Below, in pieces: positions 1 through 13,940 of a stretch of 64,000 bases of DNA. Within the stretch, counting starts at the first letter, position 1. Every line of letters starts with the position of its first letter. The stretch is from Azolla caroliniana (Eukaryota > Plantae > Polypodiophyta): assembly GCA_043228905.1 (NCBI GenBank), contig JBHGNT010000013.1, positions 20,646,001-20,710,000 on the forward strand, read 5' to 3'. Under the pieces are notes generated by a model. That model saw only the letters and a program-made list of their open reading frames with translations. It was not told where the DNA came from and did no database searches. Both the position numbers and the translations under genes were made by a program.

Positions 1-448
1 CAACATTCAGTAAGTATTAGAGTGCATAACACATAATCACTAACTTTAGCTATCACTTCCATTTCTTCTCCCTACACCTCCACGCGATGGTTAAACCTGG
101 AGATTAATTTTTGTATAGACCATGTTCATATTTTGTAATTTAACTACATTTTATGTCCAAAAATCATGATTTTCTCAACATTTCAACCAACTTTGCAAAT
201 TGCATCATACTGTCTGAAAGTTTAAGGATTGTCAATTGAAAAAAGAATTGTCATATGATATAATGTACTTGAAGATCATCAACTTTAACAACATTTAAAA
301 AAATACATGTTTTTTACTTTCAAACTTGTTAAATATTAATAATTTAGCAAATTCTATATGGGTTGACGAACATGTGACACTGGTGTAACACGTTCCTATA
401 TATTGCATAAATTTGCAAAATTGTGAAAGGAATCTAAAAGTGGAATGC

Positions 449-798
449 GCGATCCTTCCACTTCTGAACGCAAACGTGTTTTGCTCATCCACCTTGCCCA
501 AACTCCATATCATGGCATCTTTCCATTGTTTTTTTATTTTCACACCTATTGTGATACCATATGATGAGTCTACATGAGCACCCATTTGTTGTTCTAGCCA
601 CCCGAGTGCTTCTTCTCTGTTATGAGCGATCCTTCCACTTCTGAACGCGAACATGTTTTGCTCATTTGCCTTGCCCAAACTCCATATCATGGCATCTTTC
701 CATTGTCTTTTTATTTTCACACCTATTGTGGTACCATATGATGAGTCTACATGAGCACCCATTTGTTGTTCTAGCCACCCGAGTGCTTCTTCTCTGTT
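449..798. repeat. Tandem duplication, two copies of a 177-bp unit
   Basis: GCGATCCTTCCACTTCTGAACGC starts at 449 and 626. The copies are near identical. The 59-codon period is visible as a repeat in ORF 295..762. Confidence 0.9.
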
Positions 799-2330
799 GT
801 GGGATTCCTTATTTCCAACAACCAGAATATAGAACAGTCCAGCGATCTGGCCTTTGCATCACAATTACCATAGATATTGATTCTACACATGTTCTCCTTC
901 TTCATCTTAGTTCGACACATTTCCTTGAACCACTTTTTGCTTGTTAGTTTCAATTTAATTTGTTGTCCAATATTCGATAGGGGGGTCTCTTTGTATTGAA
1001 GATTCCATTTTACTCTAGGCCGTTTACGCGTACCTTTATTTTTCTCCATCCCATTCTCCTCCTCTTTTCTAGCACGCATGTGCCTTTTCATTGTTGCTAT
1101 CCCCGTAATAATATATTGGGTTGTTGTCAATGACTTATCTTGCTCTTTCAAGGGGCTTACAACATTTCCAATACTTATTTCGTCTACCTCATCTATACTT
1201 TCATGATGCATTTGGTTAGTTTCATCCTCTAACAAGTCATCTTCCTTCTACAATTTCTGCGTACCATTAATAGCTCTCACATAGTTGCTCTCTAGATTTG
1301 CCTTCATTCTTGCTTCCCTTTCATTAGTTGTGTTTTCATTGTCCTCTAAGGTTAAGAGTTCTTATTTGTTGCTAAGTGGAAGCTATTCTTGTCCAGCCAT
1401 ATTTTTTTGTTTTCCTTTATTGTTGCTACTTCCATCCATCTTCATTCATACTCACTGCATGGATTCTCGGATTGTTCTGTGGCATCAGACTGGTTGTGCT
1501 TTTCCATCCTTGCTTCCCATTTCTACAATGCATGATCTCCTTACTTCTAGGGCATTCCCGGGCCATATGCCTCATTTGTCTACATACAAAGCATTGCCTT
1601 GGGAGTCCGACATATTCCATTGTTTGTACATGGTCAGCCATTTGTTTGCTGCTAAGCAACATCGATTGCGGTAGGGCCTTTACGTTCGAGACAATTAATT
1701 TGATCCTCAGCGTTTCACTTATTCTCTCTACCAATGTTTTTTCCAAGCATTGCCCTCCCATACTTTTGCCAATGGCCGGGAGAAAAGAGTCCCATTGCTT
1801 AGGTAATCCAAGGAAAAAGGCCATTACCACTGTTGGATTGCCTATACAAGCATATGATTTACACATGTCAAATTCTGCATCCCATTTGAATACATAGGCT
1901 CTTGCATTGTTCCATGTCAACGGGCTACTCTCGATAATTTTGCATATATTCATTTCAAGCATCACAGTGACATGGTAAAACCCCTTTCCCATAAATGTGA
2001 TGTCCTTCATTCTGCCAAGATCTTCTTGTAGGCAACTCTGTAGCCAATCACGCAACAACGCTCGATTCGGTCAACTACCCACCACTTTCAACACAAATGA
2101 TTCCTACCTAAGTCGTATTATATCACTCTCCATGATGCATTCTTCTTCCAGGGAGAGAACAAAGGCTCCCATAGCTTGTATTGAGCTACCACTCCGATTG
2201 TCCATCCCATCTATCCCCTATTCTGGATCATCATCATAACGACTATACCTACGTCCCTGACATACCTGCATCCCCTTGTTGGCAAGAGGGATTCGTGTTG
2301 ATGTTCATGCAGCCTCTGATGCTTCTGAAT
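771..2330 (-). mobile_element. Degenerate LINE (L1-like) ORF1 remnant with a CCHC zinc knuckle
   Basis: ORF 1426..2058 contains CFVCRQMRHMAREC, preceded by a plant LINE ORF1/DUF4283-like segment (FMGKGFYHV...GLPKQW). Stops interrupt it and the boundaries are approximate. Confidence 0.6.
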
Positions 2331-2777
2331 CATTGTTCGTTGACCCCTCTGCTACAATTATTGGAAACTTTTCCACCATCTAGATGTAAGGTCATCATTT
2401 ATATATTGATGAACAAGAAAATTTATTTGTTTCTAGATGCATATGAATAATGAGAGTATCATGTGCAACATGTCATTGCACTCATATCATCGAATAAAAT
2501 ATTATGGTAACATATCTACAAGAAAAAGAAATACATTTTCTAACTTTCCTTCAGGGAAAAACATTTAAGCCTATGAAGCTACAATGGAAGATATGGATGA
2601 CATCATATGAATTATGGTGGTAATAATGTGTTTGATCGTAATAGCTACAATCATTTTAGTTGTTATGTATATGGATGAAGTTCTGTATATCAAATTTAAG
2701 TTTATACATATTGTGGCATGTTACTCCTCAATTTGTGACAGATGAATCGTGAAGTTAATTGTGTTAATATGCCACGT

Positions 2778-3579
2778 TGTCGTGAAGATTCCGGGCCATG
2801 GTGAGAAACCGGGATGGAATGGGAAATTCGGCAATGTGCAACATGTGCACGTGTATAGTAGGAAAATGGCGTATAGAATAAGGGGGAGAATTTATCCCAC
2901 ATTGTAACGTCCCTCCCTCCTTAGGCTATAAAAGGAAGGGAGGGTCCCTTGTAAAGGGGTTTCTCATTTTGAGTTATGAGGGTATACCATTAGGTTCAAG
3001 GTATGATAAACTTTCTTCTTCTTACTTTCTTGTTTTCTGTTAGGGTTCTTCAAGTTCTTCTTCTTCTTCATCGTCGTGTGGGTTGAGTCTTCGTGTCTGT
3101 TTAGGGTTTAGTCTGATTAGGAGCTCGTATGTCTAAAAGGGGTTTAGGCTTCTGCCCTGTCTCCTGTGCAAGACCCCACTCGGCACGATGAGTTCGAGAG
3201 CTCCCCGATCGGCAGCTTGGTAGCAGACTACTGTTGTAACCTAGCCTACCTTGGTCCAGCTCAAAGTCGGGGTTGTATCTTGCTCTTGTACATATAGAGT
3301 GAAGTTCTATGCATATGTGTTTGTATCTGCGTCTTCGGAGTTTCTTCTTTCCTTTTCTGTACATAAGTAGCATGCATTGAGTCGATGTTGCACGTATTCT
3401 CTCTCTCTCCCTCTCTCGTGTTCGATAGCATCCGGTACGCATCCGAAACCGTTCCGGTTTGTGCCATAGCCGATGCAGTCGGGACCAGAGAGGGTCGGTC
3501 TCCCGACATCCATCTCTTCCTCGTTCAAGACCCCCGTGGTCCCGCCCCTTTCGACACATACTCGCGGATTACCGCGACA
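2778..3579 (+). mobile_element. Solo LTR (802 bp) with 4-bp TSD
   Basis: Starts TGTCGTG and ends CGCGACA (imperfect inverted termini). ACGT lies on both sides (2774-2777, 3580-3583). A TATA-like CTATAAAAG lies near 2926. It is more GC-rich than its flanks. Confidence 0.75.
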
Positions 3580-5501
3580 ACGTGTTGTGGAAATAACCTT
3601 TAGACATCCTAGCCAAATTAGTACAAACACTCCAAGGATCACTAACAATATGATGATAGAATAATTTATGCACCATGCTCCTAAATAATAATGGTGTTAT
3701 TTCCTAACTAATAGGAAAGTAGCTTCATTTTGGGAAAAAAATAAAATAATGGTGTTATTATATATTTATCAATGATGATAAGTATAAATTTGAATTTTGT
3801 ATCAAGGTTACTATTTGAAATATGAAATGATATTATTAAATGGTTAATCATGGTATATGGGGTGTGTTATTCATATGTATATTATGTGATTTGTGGTTAA
3901 TGTGGTGTTGATATGCTACCAAGTGGATAGTGATCGTGTTGGTATGATATTATGTTGTGTGTGGTGGTGTTAGGATATATTCTAGTGTGTGATGGTAATA
4001 TGTGAAATTGATACGATATCATGTGATGTGCGGTAGCAATATGTGGTGTTCATATGATATCATGGTGTGACCTAGTACCGATAATATATCATAAAATATG
4101 GTGGTTTTAAAAAGTGATCATATGAATCTATCCCCTTCTTTTGACAAGATGTTTCGGGGGTCAGAATATTGCACACAAATAGAAATATGCTAACCACACC
4201 TCAATTCATCTCTCCTCTCATACTAATCAATTATCAAACAATGGTACTAGATTAGTCATAATGTTTTTTCGCTCCACTAAAACACCACTCACCACCTCTC
4301 TTGTATAATAATTTCATTTATGGTATTAGATTGGTTAGGGATAGTAGTGATTTTTATCATTCGTTTGTTTGTTGCCTTGACTCTTTCCTATAATGTAATA
4401 ATTTCATTTTTGGCTTGTATTAGTCTTTTTTGAAAATCTCAAAATATTTGAGAAGTTCTTTATCCAAGAAGGTTTGTTTTTCATTGCAATCAAGATGCCT
4501 TGATTCTAAGTCAGTATAAGCACAAGGTCTTGGGTTTTAAATCTTAACTTTCACACATCTTTGTTACACTATATATTACTATCCCTCAAAAAAAAAAACC
4601 AAATTGGTGTATCTATAATTTAACCTACATAGTTGACACAATCATCTCAACAATTGCCCAACTCCTTTATAGGTAATTCTTTGTAATCACTGAGTTCATT
4701 TCTTTTGTTTTTAGGAGTGTTAGTGGTAAGTGGATACCGGTACGAATTGAACAAACCAATAGGTCACCCAACCTAACATATTGGTGGTTTGAGGGAATCG
4801 GTTGAGTTACCTTCTATAGAAATGTTCTTTGTTTTGTTTTTCTTTTGGTAAGACAAATATTATGCATAGCTTTGTTCGACTTGAAGTTTGACAATGGTTT
4901 ATTTCAATCGAAACCTTTGGGAAAGATTGGGAACCATGGCTTTGACAATATATTCCCTAGTTTCTTAGTTTCTAAAAGAAATTCATGTCTCCTAGAGAGA
5001 GATCAATTGCATACAAGCTAGAGATAATGGTCAATTCATTGCTACGCGAATCCACAAGAACAATGTGAAAGGTGCGAGTGGGATAACTGAGGTCCTCAAT
5101 GAGAGAAGATGGATTTAGTGACATCGTTGATAAATTGACTAGTATGTTAGCATGCAATCATATTCTTGTTGTTTTTTCCCTTCTTAATTTGCACAATTGC
5201 CCTTCTAAATATGCATTATGTTTATTAAGTTATATGTGAGGGTAAAGCTACGTGTTCTCCTCTATGTGTAATGCATGTATTTGTAGTGCATTTTAAGTTT
5301 GTGAGTGTGTATAAATTGCATAAGTACAATGGGTGTATGATTTGTTGAATTTATAAATGCATATGTTTGTATGGGTACAATATATGCACTTATAGGTGTA
5401 AATTTGTGTGTTTGTGTAAGGTAGTTGTGCAACATGTGTGTATGTGTTTTGTTATAATGTGTCTATAGATTTGTATGTGTGAATGTGTATAAACTTGTAT
5501 G

Positions 5502-5719
5502 CATAGTACATAATATACTCGAAATGCGTTGGCAATAATTCTTTTTCATACTAATGCAAACAAATGAGTATGTTATCAAAACATTCTTATGTTTTTTTTA
5601 CACTTTTTTACTTACCTTTCTTAATTTACAGTAAATAATGAATACAAAAGTATAGTATTTACCACACACGAATAATTGAAACATTCTCGAATGCGAATGC
5701 ACATATGTTTCATACAATG
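5502..5719. mobile_element. hAT-type MITE (CATAG-terminus family), degenerate copy
   Basis: Termini CATAGTACA...CATACAATG. It is colinear with the copy at 22459-22693. No clear TSD. Confidence 0.6.
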
Positions 5720-6384
5720 ATTGAAACACACATTTACATTGAAGAGAAGGTCCAAAGTCGACTCCTTGTCCATTTCAAATGACAACGTGATCTTCTACAA
5801 TAGTTGAAGCACTGCCCCCGTGTAGCAATGCTCAAATGTTGCTTGTTGGGCACTTTCCCCTTCCTCTCCACTCTCATGTAGAGGCACACCAAATAATTTT
5901 GTTAAGAGTTCCCACAATAGATGATAAAACTCAGAGAGTTTCATTGAGGTCCACTAGCCACGATGAGCTCCCCAAAATAGAACTTTTTTGAGTTATCTTG
6001 TGTTCACCCCCCACACTAGAGGTGGTTGCGAGAGCTTGGCATAGAGTTCACACGATGACGAAGCGAGTGTCGGCCAATAGAAGGGGCATCAAATCCACAT
6101 CATCATATTTTTGTTGTAGCTCTCGAAGATTATTGTAGAATAATCCATGCATAAGATTTGGAACCTAATGTGACTTCATATTTGTTGATTTCGAGTTCAT
6201 GGTGTTGTTATTAGAGCCATTGGCAACCATCCCCAAAAATCTATACTTGATTATATTGGAACAATGAATATATGTCTACTTCATCAAGTTTCTCTTCCCT
6301 TCTCTAGATTGATGAACCTCATTTCATTAGAATGTCACCTTCTCATGGACAACACAAATTCATTTGTTCTTGTGTGTAACAATC

Positions 6385-6485
6385 GGCAACGGTTCGGTTA
6401 TCCAAACCGAACCGTTAAAAATGTTTGAAACCTGAACCAAACCGAACCTAACCACGAAACTGTTAAACCGAACCGAACCGTTGCC
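6385..6485. mobile_element. Short inverted-repeat element (MITE remnant) upstream of GDI
   Basis: Perfect 15-bp inverted repeat GGCAACGGTTCGGTT / AACCGAACCGTTGCC, with internal AACCG motifs like those in the MITE at 40271. Confidence 0.6.
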
Positions 6486-6713
6486 AGGGGTACAGAGACA
6501 CATCATCAAAGGGCATGCAACTGGAAATATACAAAACTACGTATTTGAAACACACACACAAATTCGTGCGAAGAGAAAAACGCTTTAATTGATGGCATTC
6601 CAATAGAAACTTTCTCTCTCCCCGGAAGCTTTCTGAGAGCCATATCCGATCGATCGATCGATCGATCATTCGATTGTATACATACATAGAGATTGATTAG
6701 ATTAGAGCAGATC

Positions 6714-6747
<34 letters not shown>

Positions 6748-6748
<1 letters not shown>

Positions 6749-6849
6749 TGGATGAAGCATACGATGTCATTGTGCTCGGGACTGGTCTGAAAGAATGCAT
6801 CCTCAGCGGCCTCCTCTCTGTCTATGGCCTCAAAGTAAGAAAAAGCCTC

Positions 6850-6893
<44 letters not shown>

Positions 6894-9800
6894 TTACACA
6901 CACACATATCTTATTCTTCTTTGCGATTCTTGTTATATAAATCTAGGATTGTTTCTAATGAGTTGATCCTTTTGAACAAAGTCATTTTTCCGGCCTTGTA
7001 TGTACTGGATGTCCTGTGTTTACCTTCAAATTTTGATTCGGTTGTCAGCTCAACAAAAATGAATACGAGAAAATTAACTCGATTGTCTTGGAAATTTAAG
7101 ATTTATGTTCAAGAACAAAGTATCTGTAGATCTAAAATATAGCTTTCATAATAGAAAATCTGAATCAAAATTTAAATAAGAACCGAAGGTGCATCAATTA
7201 CAGGCCAAAGGAATAGAAGATCTCGAAACTATCTAGTTTAATTGAAAATTTGAGTCAGAGTGTTTCATATGTAGGCTGATGGAAGAGAAGATTCCCTAAA
7301 CTATCTTGATAAATGAATTTCTTTATATATGTCGAACCTGAAAATCTCAGATTGATCTTATATATATATATATATATTCTAACCTGAATAAACATATTCT
7401 AATTGTAAAATAGGGCCATGTGCCGGCTCTCCATACAGATTTATATATGAGATTGATTGTCAAACCTTGCAAGGAAATCATGGTTTAGATTGTGCTATCA
7501 CAGTGCAATGTTAACTTCATTGTTTTAGAATCCTAAAATCTCAATCACGAAAGAACCTGTTGTTCATGAGAAATCCTTTGCTTTTCTTATTAAAGGTTCT
7601 GCACATGGATAGGAATGATTATTATGGAGGAGAGTCAGCATCTCTCAATCTTACACAGGTAATTGTCCTTTCATATGCCCTAAATTCCATGTGTTCAGTT
7701 ATTTTGATATGGAGAAGAATCATCTGCATAGTCCTATACAGGTAAAGGTCCTCATGAAGGCATCTCAATCTTACATCTCCTTAGATATATTCAGTTATTA
7801 TTGCTTATTTTCATGCTTTTATCTCCAGTTGTGGTCCAAGTTTAGAGGTAGTGACAAGCCTCCTCCAGAGTTGGGTTCAAGCAGGGATTACAATGTAGAC
7901 ATGGTTCCTAAGGTTTGTGTAATGTTTTTTGAATTTAGAACTTTATGGATGAAAAGGTTTCTTTTTTCAATTTTCTAAGAACTTTTGGGTATGGAACGTG
8001 TAATCTGTTAGGTAACTTTGAGTGTGGTGTATGCACAAATCATAAAACAATAGCATTTTAATTCTCTTGAGAAATTCTGAGCAGAACATTTACTATCTAA
8101 GGAAGTAAAGTTCTTTTGCATGTGAACCATACATCTACGTGTATGGTTAGAAACTTGAGTATGCAGTGTATATAGTTCAGATTTAGGTTTCCCATCCATG
8201 GTATCATACGTGACCCTGTAAAACATTGGGATATATGGAGAATGCTATAGAAACTATTGAAGTCAATTTAAACACCTTGACAGATGCTTAAACAGCAGAC
8301 CTCTTTACCACTAAAACCTAGGTCATCATGGAAAATTAAAGCATAAAAGAAAAAAGAAAAAAAAATATCTACTCAAATGCTAAACAAAGGACCGATTTGC
8401 AGTATTGAAAGTGTCCTCATTTCATGTCCATACACAGGAAAAGTTTCTCCATTTTGTGTCCTATGATAAAAGCTTTGAGCAAATTAATGTTAATTATTGA
8501 TTACTATCAATACTGAATCCTAGTCTATCCACATGCAATGTTAGATGGTTGGCGCGATATACTATATGAATATGCTTTCTTAGGGTCCTATATCCAGTAA
8601 GGCTTGTTGCTTGCCTATCTAACGCCAACAAAGCAGAAAGATAATGTTAAACTGTTGCAGTATTTGTACAAACATAAGTAAATATACAACTGTTAATTTG
8701 AGCCAAAGGAAACAAAGAAAACAAAGCATTGGCCAGCATTTCAATAATGAATGACCATTTAATGATGCACATACCAAGTAAAAAAACAGCAATGAAGTTC
8801 CAAGATGTGTATAGCTTATAGAACACATAGGATGGACTATGGTACAACCTATATTTTGATTATTACTGTTTGCTTCTGATTTGCAGTTTATGATGGCTAA
8901 TGGAACCCTTGTACGAGTGCTCATACACACAGACGTCACAAAATATTTGATGTTTAAAGCCGTTGATGGGAGCTATGTTTTTAACAAAGGGAAGGTAAAT
9001 TACAATAACCTGTTCTCCCCTGCATTGTTTTCTTGCTGTGTGGGGGAAAACCATTCATAGTCTTTGTTACTCTTAAGAATTGTTTAAAAGTTCAAAGAGG
9101 AAAAATCAGAATATTTATAAAACGTTTTGTATAAATTATTTACTGATTTTCTTGATGTTTTGCATTGTGTTGTTTAGACCCACAAGGTTCCTGCTACAGA
9201 TGTAGAAGCATTGAAGTCTCCCCTCATGGGTCTATTTGAGAAACGGCGTGCTCGAAAATTCTTTATTTATGTTCAGGATTATATAGAAAATGATCCTAAG
9301 ACTCATGAAGGCTTGGATCTTACAAGAGTTACTCCAAGAGAGATTTACTTGTAATGCTTTATCTTTTGATGGAGATATGAAATCCATTCATTCATTGTAG
9401 TTGTGAATGAAATCTTGAATTTGTTTGTGCATTTCCTTAACCAGGAAGTTTGGATTAGAGGACAACACAGTTGATTTTATTGGTCATGCATTAGCCTTAT
9501 ACCGGGATGATGCATACCTGGACCAACCTGCGCTGGAATTTGTGAAGAGGGTTAAGGTGAATATTGAGGAACTTGAAATTTCTCCATAAAATGTCCAAAA
9601 CAGCTATTGATACGTGTATCAACCTTGTCACACATGCATGAAATGTTTTGATATTCGTAAACTTTTCAGTTATATTCTGAGTCATTAGCTCGCTTTCAAG
9701 GAGGCTCTCCATATATATACCCTTTGTATGGGCTTGGTGAATTGCCGCAAGTAAGTTCTGTATGTCTTGCTTCCTAATGCATGATGTGCTTGCTTGAGAG

Positions 9801-11669
9801 GAAGGAGTACTAATTTGAATGGTTCATGCTTATTGAATAGGGTTTTGCACGATTGAGTGCAGTTTATGGTGGGACATATATGCTGGCAAAACCAGAGTGT
9901 AAGGTACTTACTACTAAAGTAATACTATGAAGAGTTTTTCTTTATTTCTGTAAATACCCTGGTCAATTACCGCTCAAACTATTCCATTTTTCTTATCTAT
10001 ATGAGCGATTTGAGCAATTATATGGTCAATGGTTTCCCTTTTTCTCAATTTCGTGAGTTAACCAAGGGCATCTGGGGAATCACAGAAACTTAGGTGTCAA
10101 TTGAGGAAATAACAAAAACCAGAGAGTATTTGGGAGTTTTTCTGTTATTCTTACTGGCCAACCAAAGCTATTAGCTAGTTGGAGTCATATTATCTGGTCT
10201 GAGTTAATATTTACAGGTAGAATTTGATGAGGAAGGAAAGGTTTGTGGTGTCACATCGGATGGAGAGACGGCGAGGACAAAGAAGGTTGTATGTGATCCA
10301 TCATATCTTCCAAACAAGGTATGGTACTATGTGTTATTCTACCTTGTACATAACATCAATTCTGGGCGTTTATTGTATATGTTTCATGAATGTAATTATG
10401 AGTTTACTTTTTTGACAATTGAGATTTGTTAACTAGAGCTCATCAGGTTTGACCTAGGGTTATATCTCTATATTAGCCCATTTATGTTCCAATAATATAT
10501 TCCTCCACAGCCCATCATATCTCTATCTCTATGAGATGGACTGGGATGAGAGATTCCTCTTTAATAAAATGCAGGTTAATATAAGAGGAAAACACTGGGG
10601 CATTCCAAAATTTTCCATTGGATATATGTAGCTCTTTTGGAGGATTATGTTATCAACAGTTGGCATTTTGCAGGTGAAAAAGGTAGGTAAGGTTGCCCGC
10701 GCAATTTGTATTATGAACCATCCAATCCCAAACACCAACGACTCTTCGTCGGTGCAAATAATTTTGCCACAGAAGCAGCTAGGCAGGAAATCTGACATGT
10801 AAGTGATTCATGCTAGGATGAAACATCAAAATGCCCCAATACTGCTAAGTTTTCAAAACCTATGACTACCACTAATTTTCTATATTTATGAGAACATACT
10901 GTAAATATTCATGTAAATATCTGAGGTGTTAGGGATGTTGTGATGTGTTTCATTCATATTACTTTGAGGATGACTCTTTCTTAAGTTTTTCTTTTGTAGC
11001 CTCTTTATTTGTGTGTCTGATAAACTATAGTATATCATGCTTTATGTCCTTTATGTTAGGGATGTCTTTGTGTGTCTGATAAACTATAGTATATCATGCT
11101 TTATGTCCTTTTCAGGTATGTTTTCTGCTGCTCTCATTCACATAATGTAGTTCCAAAGGGCAAGTTTATTGCCTTTGTCTCAGCAGAAGCGGAAACCGCT
11201 AACCCTGAGTTAGAATTACAACCAGGAATTAGTCTTTTGGGACCCGTGGATGAAATTTTCTTTGATACCTATGATAGATTTGTACCAGTCAATGAACCTT
11301 CATTGGATCAATGCTATATATCCAGTGTAAGCACCTTTTTACCATAGCTTCTGAAGAATTAAGTATCTACAATTGGTGACATCTGACTTTATTATGAACC
11401 AGAGCTATGATGCAACCACCCATTTTGAGACAACTGTGGAAGATGTTTTGGCAATGTATACAGCTATCACTGGAAAGGTAGATACATACATACATACTAT
11501 ACTATAAATGCATACATACAAACATATTTAACATTTAGTTTTCATGTCAAAATAAAGGTTCTGCGATTGTAGGATATTTTAAAGGTTTTGCTAAAGTAGG
11601 TTGCTTCTATTTTTACAGGTTTTGGATTTGTCTGTGGATTTAAGTGCAGCTAGTGCTGCTGATGAGTGA
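6748..11669 (+). CDS. GDI: Rab GDP-dissociation inhibitor. Exons 6748-6834, 7596-7658, 7829-7912, 8887-8994, 9178-9350, 9445-9556, 9670-9750, 9841-9903, 10217-10318, 10674-10798, 11116-11326, 11403-11477, 11619-11669
   Basis: Spliced translation [24 protein letters not shown]...[17 protein letters not shown]...[17 protein letters not shown]...[30 protein letters not shown]...SYDATTHFE...[10 protein letters not shown]. All introns are GT-AG with consistent phase. Confidence 0.97.
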
Positions 11670-13689
11670 TTTCTTTTTGCCATCTCTCTTTATAGGAGAC
11701 ATACAGTTCATTACAGTGCCAAATTGCATTATTTTTTTCTCCAGATGTTAAAACCAGCCAGATCGAATGTTTTATTGTGCAGTAAGAATTCTGGTTTGCC
11801 AAGGACAATGATCATGATTGTTAATAATTTTAATGAAAGCATCTATTATGATGTTCCTACAATTATACATCAGGTTCCTCTTTGGATTTACGAGATACTT
11901 AAAAAAACAAATGCTATTTCAAAAATATACTATGGTAATGCTTGATGTACAATGGCTTTATTTTACATGAATCGGGGTGGCATATTACATGAATTGTGGA
12001 TTGTGAAGTTTCGTATATAAAGGGAATCTCCTAGTAAAAGATGGAACATCCAAACATGCAAGCACACCTCAAAGAGGAGAATATTTAATAGGAATCTCAT
12101 AAGGCATTTTGAGAATGAATATTAGTGCAGATGATATATTTCAAGCTCTTATAGTGTAATATGACTACTGTAGCTCATGTTCATATTTAAAGGTATGCTA
12201 AGCATGGAGTTTAAGACAGTCTGGGGATTTATTATCTACTGTGTGACCTGATAGGCCAATTATTGACCTATTCTTATGTGTGTGCTTGCAACTCATATGC
12301 ATGAGGATATATGGGAGTAGATTCACGAGAGGTGCAATTATAGAAATGATAGAGAAACACAAGACCAAAGTCTCAAGGTTCAACACCCTATTCCTTGATA
12401 ATTGTTTCACTCAATGAGATGTAAGGTTTTGAATCCTTTCCTTGCCAATTGTCCCTGATGACCTTAGGTTCATATCAAGGTTGTCCATTTCATTTCCAAT
12501 CACAGAAGGGAGGTTCCCACTTAAATTCAATAAGGTGTGAGAATTTCCTTGAAAACAAAGATTGTAGATTGTAAGGGCTCTAACTAAGTACTTGCTTGTA
12601 TTTATTGCGGTTTTTGTTAAAATGCAGAATATACCAATAAAGATTGCAAAATTCCTTAATTCTCCCATACGGTGTTTGTCCAAAGTCTCAACGGAAACAA
12701 GAGATAAAGGAGAACCATAAGGTGATGAGTGTCAAGCAATTGATTAGTCATAATTTGAATGGGCCATATAGGTGTTGCATTGTACGTATCATACACAAGT
12801 ATATAGTTCTGCATGCTATGCCATGTGTATGAAATGAGCGTACTAGGCACATTGGCATCACCATTCTCTCTCTCTATATATATAGAGAGAGAGATGTGCA
12901 CGTGTAACACATATATGTGCCTAATTGCTGTCGAAAAGAAAACCAAAATGTCCTAGTTATATGAAATATGTTCACATTTGATAGCAATTTGACCATCATT
13001 GTCCATTTTGCTTGTAAAAAATCAGGCCTCTCCAGAAACTCAGCCATCAACGTGAAAGATATTGTTTGTCTCTATGACATGTTGGTTTTCTTTTTGAGCG
13101 ATCAGGGATGGGAAGGGAGTGATTAATGATAGAAGTGGAGTGATTGGCCAGATTCGCCATGGGATCGAGTTGGTCAATTAGCGAAGCGATTAGCAGGCAT
13201 CCAACTTATTAGATGCAGGATATGTTTGGTCGTGAAGGTGGGAGGGTTAGTGATTAATCACGTGGTTGGGTGCGCAATTAATGATTGATTAGCATGAATA
13301 GGCATTACAGATTAATCTTAGCACTAGCCCAATAGCGTACGCAGTATATGTCTGCACTAGGAATTATTGGCTATATATAAATAAGATAAATAGGTATGAC
13401 ATAAAAATAGAGTTTAGAAAACTATGTTAGAAAGAAAAACCAGGAAAAAGATCATGAATTTCATCCACGTTCTACAAATACAGTTAAGAAAACTAGAACA
13501 TAAAAAAACAAGAGAGAAAAGGTCATGAATTTTATGGATACATGCATTTTCAAACACGTTTCATTTAGAACCACCAAAACATGAATGAATGATGGGCTCC
13601 CACATGATATGTATGTATGTATGTACGTATGTACGTACGTATGTATAGACTTATGTATGTATACATGTGGTGTAGCTCAAGTCTTTCTT

Positions 13690-13940
13690 GGCTTATGACC
13701 TTTATCATGAGCTTAGAGATTTTTGTGACTCATATGATCTTGTCATACTTGGAAACTTTTGTGATTCACGATCTTATGGCTCTTAGAAGTGCTCATGTAT
13801 TCGTCTCTTGTGGTCATGTATTCTTCCCTTGTGGTGGGACTATCATGGCTTACAAGTCTTTTGTGATTTAAATGATCTTATGGCTCTTAGAAACGTTCAT
13901 GTATTCTTCTCTTGTGGTGGGACTATCATGGTTTTAGAGT
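13690..13940. repeat. Degenerate tandem repeat (about 100-bp units plus subrepeats)
   Basis: GATCTTATGGCTCTTAGAA and CTTGTGGTGGGACTATCATGG each occur twice. Confidence 0.6.
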
